DNA of 64,000 nt from a virus (lineage: Duplodnaviria; Heunggongvirae; Uroviricota; Caudoviricetes). The stretch covers positions 68,337 to 132,336 of IMG/VR virus record IMGVR_UViG_3300006467_000563; one strand, given 5' to 3'. This document shows, in pieces, positions 63,021-64,000 of the stretch; within the stretch, counting starts at the first letter, position 1; each line of letters begins with the position of its first letter. The notes under the pieces are model-generated. The model did no database searches, was not told the DNA's origin, and saw nothing but the letters and a program-made list of their open reading frames with translations. Position numbers and translations under genes: made by a program.

Positions 63021-63697
63021 TAGAATGTCCTATTTAATAAACCTACAATGACTCTATTAATATGGTTGTTGCCATCCTCTACAGCCCTTGTAACCCAGTT
63101 GTCAGTTTTTGTTCCAGAGTATTGTGCAGGGACTTTCCAGAATCCTGTTTTTGTTTTTGCCATAATAGCGTCACCAGTACGAGAGGGGATTGGGCTATCA
63201 TATTCCCCTTTCAAAACTTGATAATTTGCAATAATGATTGAATCACCTTCAAAAGATAACCAAGAAAGCCAAGGCAAAATATATTGTCCAGATGTAATGT
63301 ATGATTGTTTCAGACTTAAAGCCTCGAACATATTTCTAGGAATAGCCTCGATAGCTATAGTACCACTCGGACCCTTTGAGGTTTTTCGTAATTGAGCCTG
63401 CTGAATATGAAGTTCACCAACTAATGTCTCGATTATTTCGTCAATGGCATTAACATCAACAGACTTATCAAGACCGAACTCTGCTCTTAGGTCAACACTA
63501 CCATTCCCATATGCTAATGACTCATATATTTCAGTTTCTTTGATAGCAAAAATAAGTGCTTCTGGAATCTCTTCTTCTGCTAGAACAGAAAACTGTTTGA
63601 ATCTTTTTTCAATATCTTTATTCATGACTTCAGATGCCATCTTAATCATGTCTTGATAGCTAGTTGTCATTTTTGTGGTGTATCTATATTTTGCCAT
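63020..63697 (-). CDS. Putative head-tail joining/tail completion protein
   Basis: Synteny only; TAATG-coupled. Confidence 0.4.
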   Translation of the reverse strand: MAKYRYTTKMTTSYQDMIKMASEVMNKDIEKRFKQFSVLAEEEIPEALIFAIKETEIYESLAYGNGSVDLRAEFGLDKSVDVNAIDEIIETLVGELHIQQAQLRKTSKGPSGTIAIEAIPRNMFEALSLKQSYITSGQYILPWLSWLSFEGDSIIIANYQVLKGEYDSPIPSRTGDAIMAKTKTGFWKVPAQYSGTKTDNWVTRAVEDGNNHINRVIVGLLNRTF

Positions 63698-63999
63698 TAT
63701 GCCTTCTTACTAAGATGGGCTACAAAGTATTTATCTTTTGACAATCCCCAAGGTAGGCAGTCGCCAGAAAGTTGATAGCTTACCTCACCATACTCTTTTA
63801 TCTCGTATGATGGAATGATATCAATCGCCTTCTTTAGTTTCTGCTTATCAGCAATAAAACCTATACACATCGCATCCCCATCTGGAATATCAACTCCCCC
63901 AAGTTTTCTAAAGGAAGCCTTGTCGTAGTACATTCTCAATTGAATATCTTCTCCAGAAGGAGTGTTGATTTTTCCTTTGCCATGACAATAAGGACATGT
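63697..63999 (-). CDS. Partial gene running off the window edge; head-closure-like with CPYC
   Basis: Frame open to the edge: TCPYCHGKGKINTPSGEDIQLRMYYD... Confidence 0.5.
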   Translation of the reverse strand, partial: TCPYCHGKGKINTPSGEDIQLRMYYDKASFRKLGGVDIPDGDAMCIGFIADKQKLKKAIDIIPSYEIKEYGEVSYQLSGDCLPWGLSKDKYFVAHLSKKA

Positions 64000-64000
64000 C

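Noticed and set aside
1-64000. Stop-codon reassignment (TAG/TGA read-through), common in some large phages
   Set aside because: TAG ends nrdA (358), 4959, helicase-upstream 8920, NAMPT (39107) and GNAT (60465) at natural protein ends followed by SD/starts; TGA is used in many ATGA overlaps; conserved enzymes are full-length in code 11.
1-64000. tRNA or other structured ncRNA genes
   Set aside because: Intergenic gaps are about 120 bp or less and none shows a cloverleaf or T-loop GTTCRA signature; a tRNAscan/Infernal run would be needed to exclude them formally.

Overview
A 64-kb, AT-rich, densely coding segment of a large tailed dsDNA phage genome (Caudoviricetes, probably jumbo-size; host not determinable from this window). 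It uses the standard genetic code. Two arms converge on a bidirectional terminator at ~39.78 kb. The + arm (1-39787) carries: nucleotide metabolism (nrdA end, nrdB, MazG-like, PhoH, dNMP kinase); a bacterial-style replication/recombination set (RecA, DnaB, DnaG, Cas4-like nuclease, a DnaE polymerase split into two genes around a degenerate UDG, a nuclease and a DEDDh exonuclease, and a Rad52-like annealase); a ~15-kb glycosylation region (three GT4, GT2, GT25, nucleotidyltransferase-like, sugar O-methyltransferase-like and several degenerate GT folds) interrupted by an accessory island (2x YopX, NADAR, SLOG); and a sigma70-promoter cassette encoding an unannotated 53-aa Asp/Glu/Tyr-rich peptide plus a Prs-like and NAMPT-like pair with the layout of the NARP1 NAD+ reconstitution anti-defence pathway. 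The - arm (39801-64000) is the virion tail module: head-tail/terminator-like genes, tail tube, a GNAT, chaperone-like genes, a 2152-aa tape measure, and hub/tip/fibre proteins, with no sheath seen. Highlights not in the ORF track: the acidic-aromatic micro-protein, a four-arm switchable terminator after the NAD genes, a leader-peptide/attenuator-like element in the tail operon, a Tat-signal micro-protein, and a 21-bp identical late-promoter-like motif. All family calls come from motif recognition by eye; no database searches were run. No tRNA, rRNA or CRISPR array was seen.
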